Part shown: one piece after another, positions 63,933 through 64,000 of the stretch
Layout: every line of letters starts with the position of its first letter
Position numbering within the stretch: position 1 is the first letter of the stretch
Source of the DNA: Octopus sinensis
Taxonomy: Eukaryota
Assembly (NCBI RefSeq): GCF_006345805.1
Contig: NC_043001.1
Span: 102,176,001-102,240,000 of the forward strand
Direction: 5' to 3'
DNA: 64,000 nt
Made by a program: the position numbers and the translations under genes
Notes under the pieces: model-generated
The model's database searches: none
The model's input: the letters and a program-made list of their open reading frames with translations, nothing else
Told to the model about the DNA's origin: nothing

Positions 63933-64000
63933 TCCTTTCTACTATAGTCACAAGGCCTGAAACTTTGGGAGAGAGGGCTAAATAGATTGCATTGACCCCA

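Overview
AT-rich, microsatellite-laden eukaryotic DNA. The repeat families (tRNA-headed SINEs, RTE 3' ends ending in (ATG)n, TTAA MITEs) look like those of octopod cephalopods; this is inference from recalled repeat families, not a database search. I found no intact, identifiable host gene; most ORFs in the supplied track are microsatellite or transposon-remnant artefacts, and three weak minus-strand exon candidates are flagged. The window is a patchwork of decayed mobile elements: several RTE LINE fragments, a Penelope-like element (RT + GIY-YIG) broken by nested insertions, an R4/Dong-type RLE LINE, two Tc1/mariner remnants, a putative non-autonomous Helitron, foldback MITEs and many SINEs. 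The most interesting signal is RNA-structural: three unrelated short repeat families carry minimal type I hammerhead ribozyme (HHR) motifs of the Penelope/retrozyme kind. These are (i) three copies of an element with a shared HHR tail, two retaining a tRNA-like head that sits in opposite orientations between inverted repeats, (ii) a foldback element at ~4.9-5.3 kb, and (iii) a ~428-bp direct-repeat unit at ~61 kb with a variant core. Every genomic copy has core mutations, but the in-window consensus of family (i) rebuilds a canonical ribozyme. Most repeat boundaries are approximate.
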